NCBI GenBank assembly: GCA_963848135.1
Contig: CAWKCK010000003.1
Location: 930,001 to 994,000 of the forward strand
Source: an uncultured delta proteobacterium
Lineage (GTDB): Bacteria > Desulfobacterota > Desulfobacteria > Desulfobacterales > SG8-13
DNA: 64,000 bases
Direction: 5' to 3'
A program made the position numbers and the translations under genes. Positions 41,129 through 51,336 of this stretch are shown in pieces; positions within the stretch are counted from its first letter, which is position 1, and each line of letters opens with the position of its first letter. A model generated the notes under the pieces. The model was given only the letters and a program-made list of their open reading frames with translations, did no database searches and was not told the DNA's origin.

Positions 41129-41878
41129 TTACTCCATTTGTGATTTTAACATCTGATCGAAGGTCATCTGACGATAGTTGGGAGGGACAGAGAAATCCGT
41201 TGTCGGAAGGGTTTTATTATCCATTTTGATCATTTCCGTAACCGGTTCAGGACTGTTGTCGGTGTAGACAACACTTTTGACTTCAACACCGCGCTCCATT
41301 AAGCTTAGATATTCGGCCGAATTCTCCGGCATGAATTCCGTGCCGAAAGTATTCGCGCACGCGCTGAATTTCTGCAGCAGCGGTATCAGGGGTTTGAATT
41401 CACGCAGAAGGCCGGGGTCTGTGGCCAGCCAGATGTCTTTGTAACGTTGCCCGTCAACCTGCACACTGTATTTTTTGGTTTTCAAGCCCGCAACCTTACC
41501 GCCGTCACCGCTTGAGGAAACGGTGACCTCATGGCCGGCATTGTTTTGGCCCTGTTGCATCATTTCCTCCAGCACTTTGCGTTGCTCGGCATTCAATCCC
41601 TTCATAGCCTCATCGACAAGTGATGTGGTCGCCCGGCAATAGTCTTCTACGGTGCCGGATGCATAGGATTTCTGATTGCCGTCAATGAAAATCATCTTGT
41701 TATCGGGGCCGTCTAGAATCCAGGTGACCCCCTCGGCCGAACTTTTCAGTTTTCCATTGGAAATGATACTTGTGTCGCCTTCCTTCTCTACCATAACCCA
41801 GCCGGCTTCAGCCATGGACATAAACCCCAGGAAAAACGACACGGCCATGATTTGCAGCAAACGAATGGACCTTGCCAT
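41129..41878 (-). CDS. exported protein, DUF4412-like
   Basis: Signal peptide ending AEA-G, VAGLKTKKY...DIWL, C-terminal FSVPPNY. Confidence 0.7.
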   Translation of the reverse strand: MARSIRLLQIMAVSFFLGFMSMAEAGWVMVEKEGDTSIISNGKLKSSAEGVTWILDGPDNKMIFIDGNQKSYASGTVEDYCRATTSLVDEAMKGLNAEQRKVLEEMMQQGQNNAGHEVTVSSSGDGGKVAGLKTKKYSVQVDGQRYKDIWLATDPGLLREFKPLIPLLQKFSACANTFGTEFMPENSAEYLSLMERGVEVKSVVYTDNSPEPVTEMIKMDNKTLPTTDFSVPPNYRQMTFDQMLKSQME

Positions 41879-42017
41879 GTGCCTCCTCTACCCATTACCG
41901 TCATTTGTTTGATCGGATGGGGTTTGAATTACCTCTTCACGGCCGGGTGTATGGGTCCGGCCACCGGGTTACGGCGGATACGACGGGGTTCTGGTCATTT
42001 CTCATGGGGTGCCTTTA

Positions 42018-43577
42018 TCAACCGTCTCTAACTGCTGGTGCCAGACGAAACCGCCGGTGGTAACCCGACGTTCGATTTTCAATCTCGACCTGAACAATAC
42101 CTTCGATGTCGTAATTGTATTTTTCGATCACCTCCTGAGAAGACAGCTCCGGACAATTCCGAACAGGGATGCGCCGCAGGTCTTTGGTGGCGGCGAGACT
42201 GGGATCGTAAGGAAAATAGATATCCCGCCAGAGCGTCAGGTCCCCCTCTGGTTGTCCCGCGTCTCCCAGGTCGCTGCATTCCAGGAACCGGAGGCGGCCG
42301 ATGTTGTGCTGGGGGTGATATCGTCGGATGACCGTCAAGCGGCCGGTATCCGGATCCACCTGTTTCTCTTTCAGGAAAATGGGATCGAAAGACTTATTAG
42401 CGCCCTTTTCGCGCCACAGCCCGAAGTGGCGCGAGACGGATTCCCGTATCTGTATTTGCGTACTCGGATCTGCCTCGATGGCGAGCCCTATGGCAGGTGA
42501 AGCGTGCGGGTAAGGCGACCGTTTTACCTTGGCACCGAAAAAATGACGCAGGTGCCTTGCGACCGGAGGAAAGGCGATGGAGCCGCCCACAAGATAAACA
42601 GCAGCCAGAATCGGGCCTTCCACAGGGCGCTCCATTTGCAGCATTCTTCCCAGCAAGGTTCTTACAGCAGCCGTGGTCCGTTGAATGAGCGGCTGGCACC
42701 GTTCATAAATATGGGCTGTTTCCAGGACGACCGGAGCGGCGCCAGGAAGAACGGCACCAACATCCACGACCATCTTTTGCGTGTTGACCTTCAGTCCTTC
42801 TTTGCGTTCCCGACATTCTTCGAGAAGCCTGACCGTTTCACTTGGATTAAGGTCGCTTTTTGAGACCTCTGCGGTCTCGAGGACCATGTCGAGCACTATG
42901 GCATCAAAGTCGTCACCGCCGAGTTGAGAGATGCCTTCGTAAGCGACGACGATGTGACTATTTCCTGCAATACCGACAACAGAGGTGTCAAAGGTACCGC
43001 CACCCAGGTCATAGACCACGACGTAACGCTTTGGGCTTCGCGGGCCAAGATTTTTCAGGTAACGATTCAGGAACTCTACGGCGGCGGCCGAAGGTTCATT
43101 CAGGGCCCCCAGGACAACGAAGCCGGCCCGTCTGAAGGCTTCCAATGTGATGTACCGCTGATTGCTGTTGGCGTTGGCAGGCAGGGCTACCTTTACTTCA
43201 AGGGGGCTCTTGCGGTCAAAAACAATATTCCCGTGATTCACGATCATCCGTCGCACGTGGCGAAGAAATAAAGTCAGCAGATCCAGAATCGACATCGACA
43301 GTCCCTGACCCAGATCCACTGGATCTTCAGGGCGGAGCCGGCCGACAAGACGCTTGAGTGATCGCAGGGCGGTGACTCCCGGCCGGTTGAGTAAAGCTGT
43401 CGCTTCCCAGCCGAAACGGGGTTTACCCCGGTATACCGCAATCAGGGAAGGGATGTACTCTCTGAATTCACCATTCCAGGCAAAGGTACAGACCGGGTAG
43501 TTACCATTTTGTCGAGCGGCAACCACCGTTCGGGTCGTGCCGAAATCGATACCAAAACGTGTGTTTATTGCGTTCAC
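42018..43577 (-). CDS. atypical Hsp70-family ATPase
   Basis: GIDFGTT, NEPSAAA, YDLGGGTFD, LGGDDFD, LVGGS. The C-terminus does not resemble the DnaK substrate-binding domain. Confidence 0.88.
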   Translation of the reverse strand: MNAINTRFGIDFGTTRTVVAARQNGNYPVCTFAWNGEFREYIPSLIAVYRGKPRFGWEATALLNRPGVTALRSLKRLVGRLRPEDPVDLGQGLSMSILDLLTLFLRHVRRMIVNHGNIVFDRKSPLEVKVALPANANSNQRYITLEAFRRAGFVVLGALNEPSAAAVEFLNRYLKNLGPRSPKRYVVVYDLGGGTFDTSVVGIAGNSHIVVAYEGISQLGGDDFDAIVLDMVLETAEVSKSDLNPSETVRLLEECRERKEGLKVNTQKMVVDVGAVLPGAAPVVLETAHIYERCQPLIQRTTAAVRTLLGRMLQMERPVEGPILAAVYLVGGSIAFPPVARHLRHFFGAKVKRSPYPHASPAIGLAIEADPSTQIQIRESVSRHFGLWREKGANKSFDPIFLKEKQVDPDTGRLTVIRRYHPQHNIGRLRFLECSDLGDAGQPEGDLTLWRDIYFPYDPSLAATKDLRRIPVRNCPELSSQEVIEKYNYDIEGIVQVEIENRTSGYHRRFRLAPAVRDG

Positions 43578-43943
43578 TTTATATCGGGTTCGCTGTCCGG
43601 CTCCCGCTGTTATTAGGTCTTACGGGATGGCAGCAGATGAGGGTTGTTCCAATAACCGACCATATCTAACCGGCTTGGAGAATTGCCGATTAAACATGAT
43701 CACTCCTGTCTCTATAACGCTTTTTTCTACCGGATTGCAACGTCTAATAATTTACTATCCATTGTTATCTGAATAATCAAGCTTGAATTTTTTTCGTATC
43801 TGCCTATGATTGTTAAGCAACTGATTTTGGAAAGCGGTCGACACCCCCGCGCGGAGGATGATTAAAAAGCAGCATGGCGCAAACGGACCACGACATACGT
43901 TCGGACGGTAAAACCCCGACACAATGACATAAGGAGGACCCGC

Positions 43944-45593
43944 TTGGGAAAAAACAATCTGGCCGGTAAACCGGCGCCACATTACATCTTGCTGAATGTC
44001 TCCAGGCTGGTCAGTGCCTATTACAGCCGACATCCGGATAGCGACAACCCCCGCCAGCAGGTATCCTTCGGCACATCCGGCCACCGGGGAAGCGCCTACA
44101 CGAACAGTTTCAACGAAGATCACGTGCTGGCGGTGACACAGGCGATTTGTGATTACCGCAAGGCCCATCAAATCAAGGGACCACTTTTCCTTGGCATGGA
44201 TACGCATGCCCTGTCGGAAGCCAGTTTTACAAGTGCGCTGGAAGTACTGGCAGCCAACAACATCGATACGATTATACAGAAAGATTTCGGATATACACCC
44301 ACCCCTGTGATATCACACGCGATTTTGACGTGGAACCGGAAGCAAAGAACTGCAAGGGCGGACGGGATTGTGATCACCCCGTCTCACAACCCACCCGAGG
44401 ATGGCGGATTCAAATACAATCCACCTCATGGCGGTCCGGCAGACACCACGGTGACCGCCTGGATCCAGGCGCGGGCCAACGCCAGTTTAGCCGATAAAAA
44501 CCGCGCGGTAAAAAGAATGGCCTACGAGAAAGCCTTAAAGGCCGATACCACGCGAAGTTACGATTACATTGCCCCCTATGTCGATGATCTGGCAAACATT
44601 ATCGACATGGACGTGATCCGTGCGGCCGACCTCAAGATTGGCGTCGACCCCATGGGTGGCGCTGCAGTGGACTTTTGGCAGCCGATCGCCGAACGCTACG
44701 GGTTGAATATTGACGTGGTCAATCCTGTGGTCGATGCGAGATTCGGGTTCATGACCGTTGACAAGGACGGCAAGATCCGGATGGACTGTTCCTCGCGATT
44801 TGCCATGGCCGGGCTGATCGCACTCAAAGACAGGTATGACATCGCCTTCGGCAACGATCCGGATTGCGACCGCCACGGTATCGTCACGCCCAGCAGTGGT
44901 CTGATGAACCCCAACCATTATCTGGCCGTGGCCATCTGGTACTTGTTTCAGAAACGGACCGGCTGGCGAACGGATGCCGCGGTGGGGAAAACCCTTGTCA
45001 GCAGCGGATTGATCGACCGGGTGTGCCATCATTTGAACCGCAGTCTTAAAGAAGTCCCCGTCGGCTTCAAGTGGTTCGTTGAGGGCTTGAGCGACGGATC
45101 CTTCGGCTTCGCCGGTGAAGAAAGTGCCGGTGCCGCTTTCCTGCGCAAAGACGGTACGGTCTGGACAACGGACAAGGATGGAATCATCATGGATTTGCTG
45201 GCCGCGGAAATTACCGCTTCATCCGGAAAGGATCCGGGGCAGCACTTTAATGATCTGACCGCTATGTTTGGCAGTCCCGTCTATGAGCGGATCGATGCCC
45301 CGGCCACAGTGGCGCAGAAACAGGTGCTTAAAAATTTGTCGCCGCAGCAGGTTACGGCAGCCACCTTGGCTGGCGATCCGATTCTTGCCAAGTTGACCAA
45401 CGCTCCGGGAAACAATGCACCCATTGGCGGATTGAAGGTCGTGACCGAAAACGGTTGGTTTGCCGCCCGCCCCTCGGGTACAGAAGAGATATATAAAATT
45501 TACACTGAGAGTTTCAAGGGCCCGGAACACTTGCAGCGAATCCAGCAAGAGGCCCGTGCAATTGTGGACCAGGCCTTCGCAGCGATCGAATAA
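43944..45593 (+). CDS. pgm: phosphoglucomutase (alpha-D-glucose-1,6-bisphosphate-dependent)
   Basis: [44 protein letters not shown] start after AAGGAGG. Confidence 0.97.
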   Translation: MGKNNLAGKPAPHYILLNVSRLVSAYYSRHPDSDNPRQQVSFGTSGHRGSAYTNSFNEDHVLAVTQAICDYRKAHQIKGPLFLGMDTHALSEASFTSALEVLAANNIDTIIQKDFGYTPTPVISHAILTWNRKQRTARADGIVITPSHNPPEDGGFKYNPPHGGPADTTVTAWIQARANASLADKNRAVKRMAYEKALKADTTRSYDYIAPYVDDLANIIDMDVIRAADLKIGVDPMGGAAVDFWQPIAERYGLNIDVVNPVVDARFGFMTVDKDGKIRMDCSSRFAMAGLIALKDRYDIAFGNDPDCDRHGIVTPSSGLMNPNHYLAVAIWYLFQKRTGWRTDAAVGKTLVSSGLIDRVCHHLNRSLKEVPVGFKWFVEGLSDGSFGFAGEESAGAAFLRKDGTVWTTDKDGIIMDLLAAEITASSGKDPGQHFNDLTAMFGSPVYERIDAPATVAQKQVLKNLSPQQVTAATLAGDPILAKLTNAPGNNAPIGGLKVVTENGWFAARPSGTEEIYKIYTESFKGPEHLQRIQQEARAIVDQAFAAIE

Positions 45594-45602
45594 CAGCATA
45601 AG

Positions 45603-46151
45603 TTACGGGCGATCTGGCTTTTTCTTTCTGAATATAACCGGCTTGGGTTCATAATCGCCGGCGTTGATCCGATCCCAGAACGCTTTTTCCTTCTCCATCC
45701 ACTGGGAACCGAATTGTCGATTGAAAAAACTGCCGAGACGCTTGAGTGAACTCTTCAGGCTCGAGGTGTGCTGCAAGGTCAGTACATCTACCAGAAAATC
45801 GTCTATATCTGCCATTTTTTCTTTAGGAATATAGGCGCGAGCACCCATTTCAATAGATTTTTTGAAATTGTCTACCGTAAGGGCGTTGGCTGTGAGCATG
45901 ACGGTCGGAAACCCCAAATGAACCGCTGCATTTAGTAGATCGAAGCCCCGGACTCCCATAATGTCGAGAATGACGGCATCATAGGTCCACGATCTCAGCA
46001 TGTGAAAGCCGGTTTCGTAGTCCGTTGCTCGATCCAGAACCAAGTTTGTATAACCCGTCAGGATATCTTCCAGTGTGTCAAGGACGTCGGGTTCATCATC
46101 CACAGCCAGCAAACGCTTGCCGTCTAATATACTGCCTGCCATATTGACCAC
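45603..46151 (-). CDS. single receiver-domain response regulator with short C-terminal extension
   Basis: LAVDDEPD, ILDIMG..GFDLL, MLTA, YIPK. Confidence 0.9.
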   Translation of the reverse strand: MVNMAGSILDGKRLLAVDDEPDVLDTLEDILTGYTNLVLDRATDYETGFHMLRSWTYDAVILDIMGVRGFDLLNAAVHLGFPTVMLTANALTVDNFKKSIEMGARAYIPKEKMADIDDFLVDVLTLQHTSSLKSSLKRLGSFFNRQFGSQWMEKEKAFWDRINAGDYEPKPVIFRKKKPDRP

Positions 46152-46258
46152 TCCTGCTGTCGACTGTGCGTGAACTGGAACAGCGTTATCTGACGGCTAC
46201 CGCCGCTGTCATGTCAGGACTTTCCTCTGTTCCGGTTTTTCGATAGATTCTTCAGACC

Positions 46259-46831
46259 TCAGCGCAGGTATCTCGTTTTGGTCATGACATCTTTTCTTGG
46301 CACAGTCGCCAATGGTTTGTCGGGTTTTCCGATGCACACAAGGGCAATTGGCGTATTGTCCTCCGATATTTCGAGAATCTTTCTCAAAGCTCCCCGATCG
46401 AAAAGGGTAAACCACAGGCTTCCCAAACCGAGGGCATGGGCGGCCAGAAGCATATTCTGAACCGCTGCCGCACAGGCATGCTGGTAACCGACGGTCCCAT
46501 CCGGTTGAAGCATGTCGACACCAGTTTTCTTTGGATCGCCCACAATCGCTATAATGACCGGCACCTTTTTTAAAAAGTCGACTGAATAGGTATCGAGCCA
46601 TTTCCAGCCACTTTTTTCAACGGCCCATCGGCGGCACCGATCGGCTTCTTCATAAAGCGCCATTTTTTTCTCTTCTCCGGTGACGACGATAAACTGCCAG
46701 GGCTGGGCATTAAGGGGGGAAGGCGCCCATCCGGCGGCTTCCAACAGGCGATCGATTTCGGTTTGGTCCACCGGTTCGGTTGAAAAGACCCGGCAGCTGC
46801 GGCGTTCACGGATGGTGGTAAAGAGTTCCAT
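46259..46831 (-). CDS. nitroreductase family protein
   Basis: IRERRSCR.F, WAPSPLNAQPWQF, AVQNMLLAAHALGLGSLW. Confidence 0.93.
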   Translation of the reverse strand: MELFTTIRERRSCRVFSTEPVDQTEIDRLLEAAGWAPSPLNAQPWQFIVVTGEEKKMALYEEADRCRRWAVEKSGWKWLDTYSVDFLKKVPVIIAIVGDPKKTGVDMLQPDGTVGYQHACAAAVQNMLLAAHALGLGSLWFTLFDRGALRKILEISEDNTPIALVCIGKPDKPLATVPRKDVMTKTRYLR

Positions 46832-46853
46832 TACAGGCTCCTTTCTAATCTAA

Positions 46854-47066
46854 TAGAAAGCATCTCAAAAAAGTCTTTTCACCCGATCTGCCAGGGGCGG
46901 ATAAATCTCGGCGTTGAGCCCTTGTCTCAAGTCCTCGACATACTTGAGTGTGCCTGCGGGTTGTGACCCCCATGCTGTGTTGGATCGGATGGGAAATCCC
47001 GTGCAACGGGGATCCTCGGTCTCGTTTTGATCTCGACCGAAAATCCGAATTTTGAGATAACTTCTA
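46854..47066. mobile_element. MITE-like interspersed repeat, copy 2 (most intact, 213 bp)
   Basis: Imperfect terminal inverted repeats TAGAAAGCATCTCAAAA / TTTTGAGATAACTTCTA, TA at both ends, no coding capacity. Homologous to the other two copies. Confidence 0.88.
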
Positions 47067-48734
47067 GAACACTTTCTCTCCCTTGGTTATCCGCCGGCGC
47101 TCATCGTCTCTGACTTCACGACGGAGTAATTTGCCGACTTTTGATTTGGGCAGCATGTCCCTGAATTCGATGTAGGAAGGAACCTTGTAAGCCGCCAGTC
47201 TTTCCCGGCACCACTTCGACAACTCTGAGCCGCCGACGCCCCGGGCATCTTCTTTTAAGACCACGATGGCCTTTATCCTTTCGCCCACCTTGGGGTCAGG
47301 GATCCCGACGACACACGCACCGATGACCGTGGGATGGTCCTGAAGAGCCGCTTCCACCTCCGAGGCCGACACGCGGTATCCTTTGTGCTTGATAATATCA
47401 GCCGATCGTTCGACATAGATAAGCTCTCCCGTGGTCTCAGCGCTGATAAAGTCCCCCATCCGGCACCATGTTTTACCGTCAAGTTCAATGTAGGCTCTGC
47501 GTGTTTCATCCGGTTTTTTGTAATATTCCTTCAACGTATAGGGGGAGGTGACCAGAAGCTCGCCACTTTGCCCCTGTGCAACCGGTTGTAACGTTTCCGG
47601 GTCGACGATCCGGCATTCCCTGCTCTTGAGAGGAAAGCCTATGGCTCTTGGGCTGGGTTCGAGACCGATCTTACTGTAAGCCACGTGCCCCACTTCGGTC
47701 GACCCATAGACCTGATAGATCGGAATGCCGCAGCGTTCGCGCCATCGTACCTTTACTTCCTCGGGGAGCACATCTCCGCCGCAATAGCAGTACTTCAGTG
47801 AACTGAGATCGTAGTGGTCGAGCCGGTCGTTTTCGAGGATCATTCGGTAAAGAGCCGGGACGCCGAGTAGCCAGCGGACGCGTTTACGATCGATGGTTTC
47901 AAGGATCGCATCCACCTGGGGCGCCGGCATCAACATGATGGTGTTGCCTTTATTTAACCCAACGGCCATGAATAATCCCAGGGCCATGATATGAAACAAT
48001 GGATTTACAGCGATGTAAGTATCGTTACCCTCATGGAGGTGCTCACCGGCGACGTCATCGGTAACATCATTGACATAGGAGGTCATGCCGATGTGCGTTC
48101 CCGGTACACCTTTGGGGAAACCGGTCGTACCGCCGGTGTACAGGATATAAGACAGATCCTGTCGGGGATCGATGGCTACGGGATTTGTCAAGGGATCTGA
48201 CTTAAGGAGTGAACGAAATGAGAAAACGCGTTCATTGCGTTCAACTTTACCGGAAGGGACTTTGTCCAGGAGCACACCCAGAAAGCGTTTCCAAGGTGGC
48301 AGTAGATCGGTCAAATTGGTCACGATAGCCCGCTTGATGCCTGTTGTGGAGAATGTTTCCTGGACGTAGCAGAAGTTGGTGTCCATGCAGATGACTGTTT
48401 CCGCGCCGGAGTCTTCGATCATATAGGCAATTTCGTGGGAGGTGTAAATCGGCGATACCGGTACGATAACCGCGCCGATTTTTTGGATACCCAGAAATGC
48501 AACGACCCACTGGATGGAATTGGCAATATATACCATCACGCGATCGCCATTGCCGATCCCCATGCCGACAAGCGCACCGGCGAAACATTCGCTCAATAGC
48601 CTCAGTTTCCGGTAGGAGTATTGCTCGCCGAGGTAGATGACCGCAGGACGATTCGGATACCGATCACTCATTCGGTCGAAGCGGGTAAATGTTAATTCTC
48701 TCGACAGAGTATCTGAACGATGATCGGTGTTCAC
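47064..48734 (-). CDS. AMP-dependent acyl-CoA ligase (ANL superfamily)
   Basis: YTGGTTGFPKG, VYGSTE, RMGD, IIKHKGYRVSASEVE, LPKSKVGKLLR. Confidence 0.93.
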   Translation of the reverse strand: MNTDHRSDTLSRELTFTRFDRMSDRYPNRPAVIYLGEQYSYRKLRLLSECFAGALVGMGIGNGDRVMVYIANSIQWVVAFLGIQKIGAVIVPVSPIYTSHEIAYMIEDSGAETVICMDTNFCYVQETFSTTGIKRAIVTNLTDLLPPWKRFLGVLLDKVPSGKVERNERVFSFRSLLKSDPLTNPVAIDPRQDLSYILYTGGTTGFPKGVPGTHIGMTSYVNDVTDDVAGEHLHEGNDTYIAVNPLFHIMALGLFMAVGLNKGNTIMLMPAPQVDAILETIDRKRVRWLLGVPALYRMILENDRLDHYDLSSLKYCYCGGDVLPEEVKVRWRERCGIPIYQVYGSTEVGHVAYSKIGLEPSPRAIGFPLKSRECRIVDPETLQPVAQGQSGELLVTSPYTLKEYYKKPDETRRAYIELDGKTWCRMGDFISAETTGELIYVERSADIIKHKGYRVSASEVEAALQDHPTVIGACVVGIPDPKVGERIKAIVVLKEDARGVGGSELSKWCRERLAAYKVPSYIEFRDMLPKSKVGKLLRREVRDDERRRITKGEKVF

Positions 48735-48792
48735 TCGGGTTCCTTCCGACCGGGATTTAGGACGAATTCCAGCAGATAACGGTATTTTCAGG

Positions 48793-49539
48793 TTAAACGC
48801 CGAAATAAGCGGCGCGCACGTCCGGGTTGTTCATCAGTTCCTCGCGCGATCCTTCCAGGACGGCCGAGCCGTTTTCCAAGATGAAAGCGTGGTCGATTAT
48901 GGGGAGGACCGGTCTGGCGTATTGCTCGGTGACGATGATGGAAATCTTGCGTTCATCCCGGATTTCCCGGGTGGCCCGCATCAGCATGACCTGCATAAGG
49001 GGGCTGAGTCCCAGCAGTGGCTCATCCAGGAGCAGGATCTTGGGCTGGGCCATCAATGCCCGACCTATGGCAAGCATTTGCTGTTCACCACCGCTGAGAA
49101 ATCCACCCAGGCGACTCCTGAGTTTGGCCAAGGCCGGAAAGACCTTGAAAATGTATTCCATGGTTTCTTTGGCTTGTCTGGCGCTGGCCAGGTACCCGCC
49201 GATTTTCAGGTTTTCCAGAACGCTGCTCTCTTTAAAAATGCGCCGCCGCTCCGGACACAGAACGATGCCGAGCTTTGCCCGGCGGCTGGGTTTCATCGTT
49301 GTTATATCGCGATTGCGGTAACGGACGCTGCCGGTCAGCGTAATCCGCTCACCGCCGGCCATCTCTTCCTTTTTGCGGATATCGAGCATGATACCCGAGA
49401 GTGCGTACATGAGTGTCGATTTGCCAGCGCTGTTGGCCCCGAATACGCCAATAATGCTGTTCTCGCCGCAACGGATGCTCACGTTGTTCAGGGCCAGCAT
49501 GTTCTCGTAAAAGACCATGAGGTCGGTCGCTTCAAGCAT
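48793..49539 (-). CDS. ABC transporter ATP-binding protein (LivF-like)
   Basis: GANSAGKST, LSGGEQQMLAIGRALM, LLDEPLLGL. Confidence 0.92.
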   Translation of the reverse strand: MLEATDLMVFYENMLALNNVSIRCGENSIIGVFGANSAGKSTLMYALSGIMLDIRKKEEMAGGERITLTGSVRYRNRDITTMKPSRRAKLGIVLCPERRRIFKESSVLENLKIGGYLASARQAKETMEYIFKVFPALAKLRSRLGGFLSGGEQQMLAIGRALMAQPKILLLDEPLLGLSPLMQVMLMRATREIRDERKISIIVTEQYARPVLPIIDHAFILENGSAVLEGSREELMNNPDVRAAYFGV

Positions 49540-50320
49540 GCTTCATCACCTCTTCGACCTCTTCCGAGCCGAAATAGGCTTCGCGGACCCGCTGGTCGGC
49601 CATGACTTCCGCCGCCGATCCTTCGATCAGTTTTTCACCGAAATTGAGCACCATAACCCGGTTGGCCACTTTGAACAATTCCCGCAGTCGGTGTTCGATC
49701 ATGATCAATGTTATTCCGCTCATCTGAAGTCTTTCGATCAGCGGCACCATACTGGCAATTTCACTCATGCTCAGACCGGAAAAAACCTCGTCGCAGATAA
49801 TCATTTCAGGTTTGAGTGCCAGACAGCGGGCCAGTTCCATACGTTTGAGGTAGCCGGTCGGCAATGTGGACGTCAGTTTGTAGGGGACGTAAGAGTCGCG
49901 TTCAAAGCCGATTTCCTCCAGGATGTCGATGCCGACCGTGTTCCGGTCTCCGAGTCGCCCCCCCCCGCGCCAGCCGCCGGTGCGCCGCGCGCGAGGGGAG
50001 AAGAGCGGGATCACCAGGTTTTTGTAGGCTGGCAGGCTGTAGTAAGGGCGCATGATCTGGAATGTCCGGGTCACGCCCATATCGGCGATCTTGTGCGGCG
50101 GTTTGCCGGTGATGTCCCGCCCGCGAAAAAATACGCGACCGGAGGAAACCTTGATGAACCCGGTAATACAGTTGACGATCGTGGTTTTACCTGATCCGTT
50201 GGGGCCGATGATGCCCAGGATTTCCCCTTCGCCGACGTCGAAGCTAATCCGGTTGAGGGCGATAATACCACCGAAGGTTTTGGTCACCGCTTTTACTTGG
50301 AGAATCGGCTCGGTGGTCAT
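49532..50320 (-). CDS. ABC transporter ATP-binding protein (LivG-like)
   Basis: GPNGSGKTT, RTFQ, ELARCLA, IEH, VREAYFG. ATG 50320 overlaps the upstream TGA. Confidence 0.92.
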   Translation of the reverse strand: MTTEPILQVKAVTKTFGGIIALNRISFDVGEGEILGIIGPNGSGKTTIVNCITGFIKVSSGRVFFRGRDITGKPPHKIADMGVTRTFQIMRPYYSLPAYKNLVIPLFSPRARRTGGWRGGGRLGDRNTVGIDILEEIGFERDSYVPYKLTSTLPTGYLKRMELARCLALKPEMIICDEVFSGLSMSEIASMVPLIERLQMSGITLIMIEHRLRELFKVANRVMVLNFGEKLIEGSAAEVMADQRVREAYFGSEEVEEVMKHA

Positions 50321-51336
50321 ATTTTGGTCCACCTTTCCACCTGATGGTATTTTCGTTGGCCATAGGCCATGATACCCTCGCTTCGAAAAACGATAAAAGC
50401 CAGCAGGATCAGGGAGTAAAATACGATTCGAAGGGTGCCGAAATCCCGCAGCAGTTCAGAGACAGGCACCAGAATCAGGCATCCGAGAACCGGGCCCACC
50501 AAGGTTCCGCTGCCGCCGATGACCGTTGCCGCAATCGGCAGCACCGAGAAATCGAGAGCAAAGATGGAGATGCCAGCCCACATATAGATGTGCACCAGGT
50601 AGGCACCGGCGAGACATCCCATGGCTGCGGCAATAAACACCGCCAGAGCCTTATAGTGGGTGATATTCATGGCCGAGGCCCGCACGGCCTGATCGTTGTC
50701 TTTGACCGCGCGCAAGACAAGCCCGAGGTCGGTGTTGACCAGCCGCCGGAGGGCGAAAAGGCAGACCATTAGCATGATGATGATCCCGTACTGCTCCACC
50801 CAGGCGTTCGGGAGGCTGTCGATACCCAGGATACCGTCGGTCCCGCCGAAAACGTCCAGTGCTTCTATGACCCGGGCCAGAAAAAGGGGGTACATCAATG
50901 TGATGATGGCAAAGTAAACCCCGCGCAACGGCAGGCATGGCACCAGCAATAGTGTACAAATCGCACTGCCGATCAGGGTGGCACCGGCAACGGCGAGCAG
51001 GGGCGGGAGCCCCAGTTCGGTGTTCAGAATTGCGGTCAAGTAACCGCCGATGCCCACGAAAAGCGCCCCACCCAGGGAAACCAGGCCAACGTAGTGAGCG
51101 AGAAAATCAAAGCTCAAGGCCAGCAGTGCATAGATGCAGACAATTGTAATCACCCGCTGCCAGTACATGCCGGGCATGACCAGCGGGAGAACCAGCAAAC
51201 CGACGATGAGAACCATGCGCGGCATGATCAAGTATGCCAGTTCCCGCCAGGACATCAGCGCGTAAATGCCCTCGGTTCGGACCTTGATCCCGCGGTCGAT
51301 TCTCTCTCTGCGTCGTTGCTGCATTTGCGTATTCAA
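50317..51336 (-). CDS. ABC transporter permease (LivM-like)
   Basis: Hydrophobic, with LRGVYFAIITL, GLVLRAVKDNDQA and IGGSGTLVGPVLG. Confidence 0.9.
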   Translation of the reverse strand: MNTQMQQRRRERIDRGIKVRTEGIYALMSWRELAYLIMPRMVLIVGLLVLPLVMPGMYWQRVITIVCIYALLALSFDFLAHYVGLVSLGGALFVGIGGYLTAILNTELGLPPLLAVAGATLIGSAICTLLLVPCLPLRGVYFAIITLMYPLFLARVIEALDVFGGTDGILGIDSLPNAWVEQYGIIIMLMVCLFALRRLVNTDLGLVLRAVKDNDQAVRASAMNITHYKALAVFIAAAMGCLAGAYLVHIYMWAGISIFALDFSVLPIAATVIGGSGTLVGPVLGCLILVPVSELLRDFGTLRIVFYSLILLAFIVFRSEGIMAYGQRKYHQVERWTKI

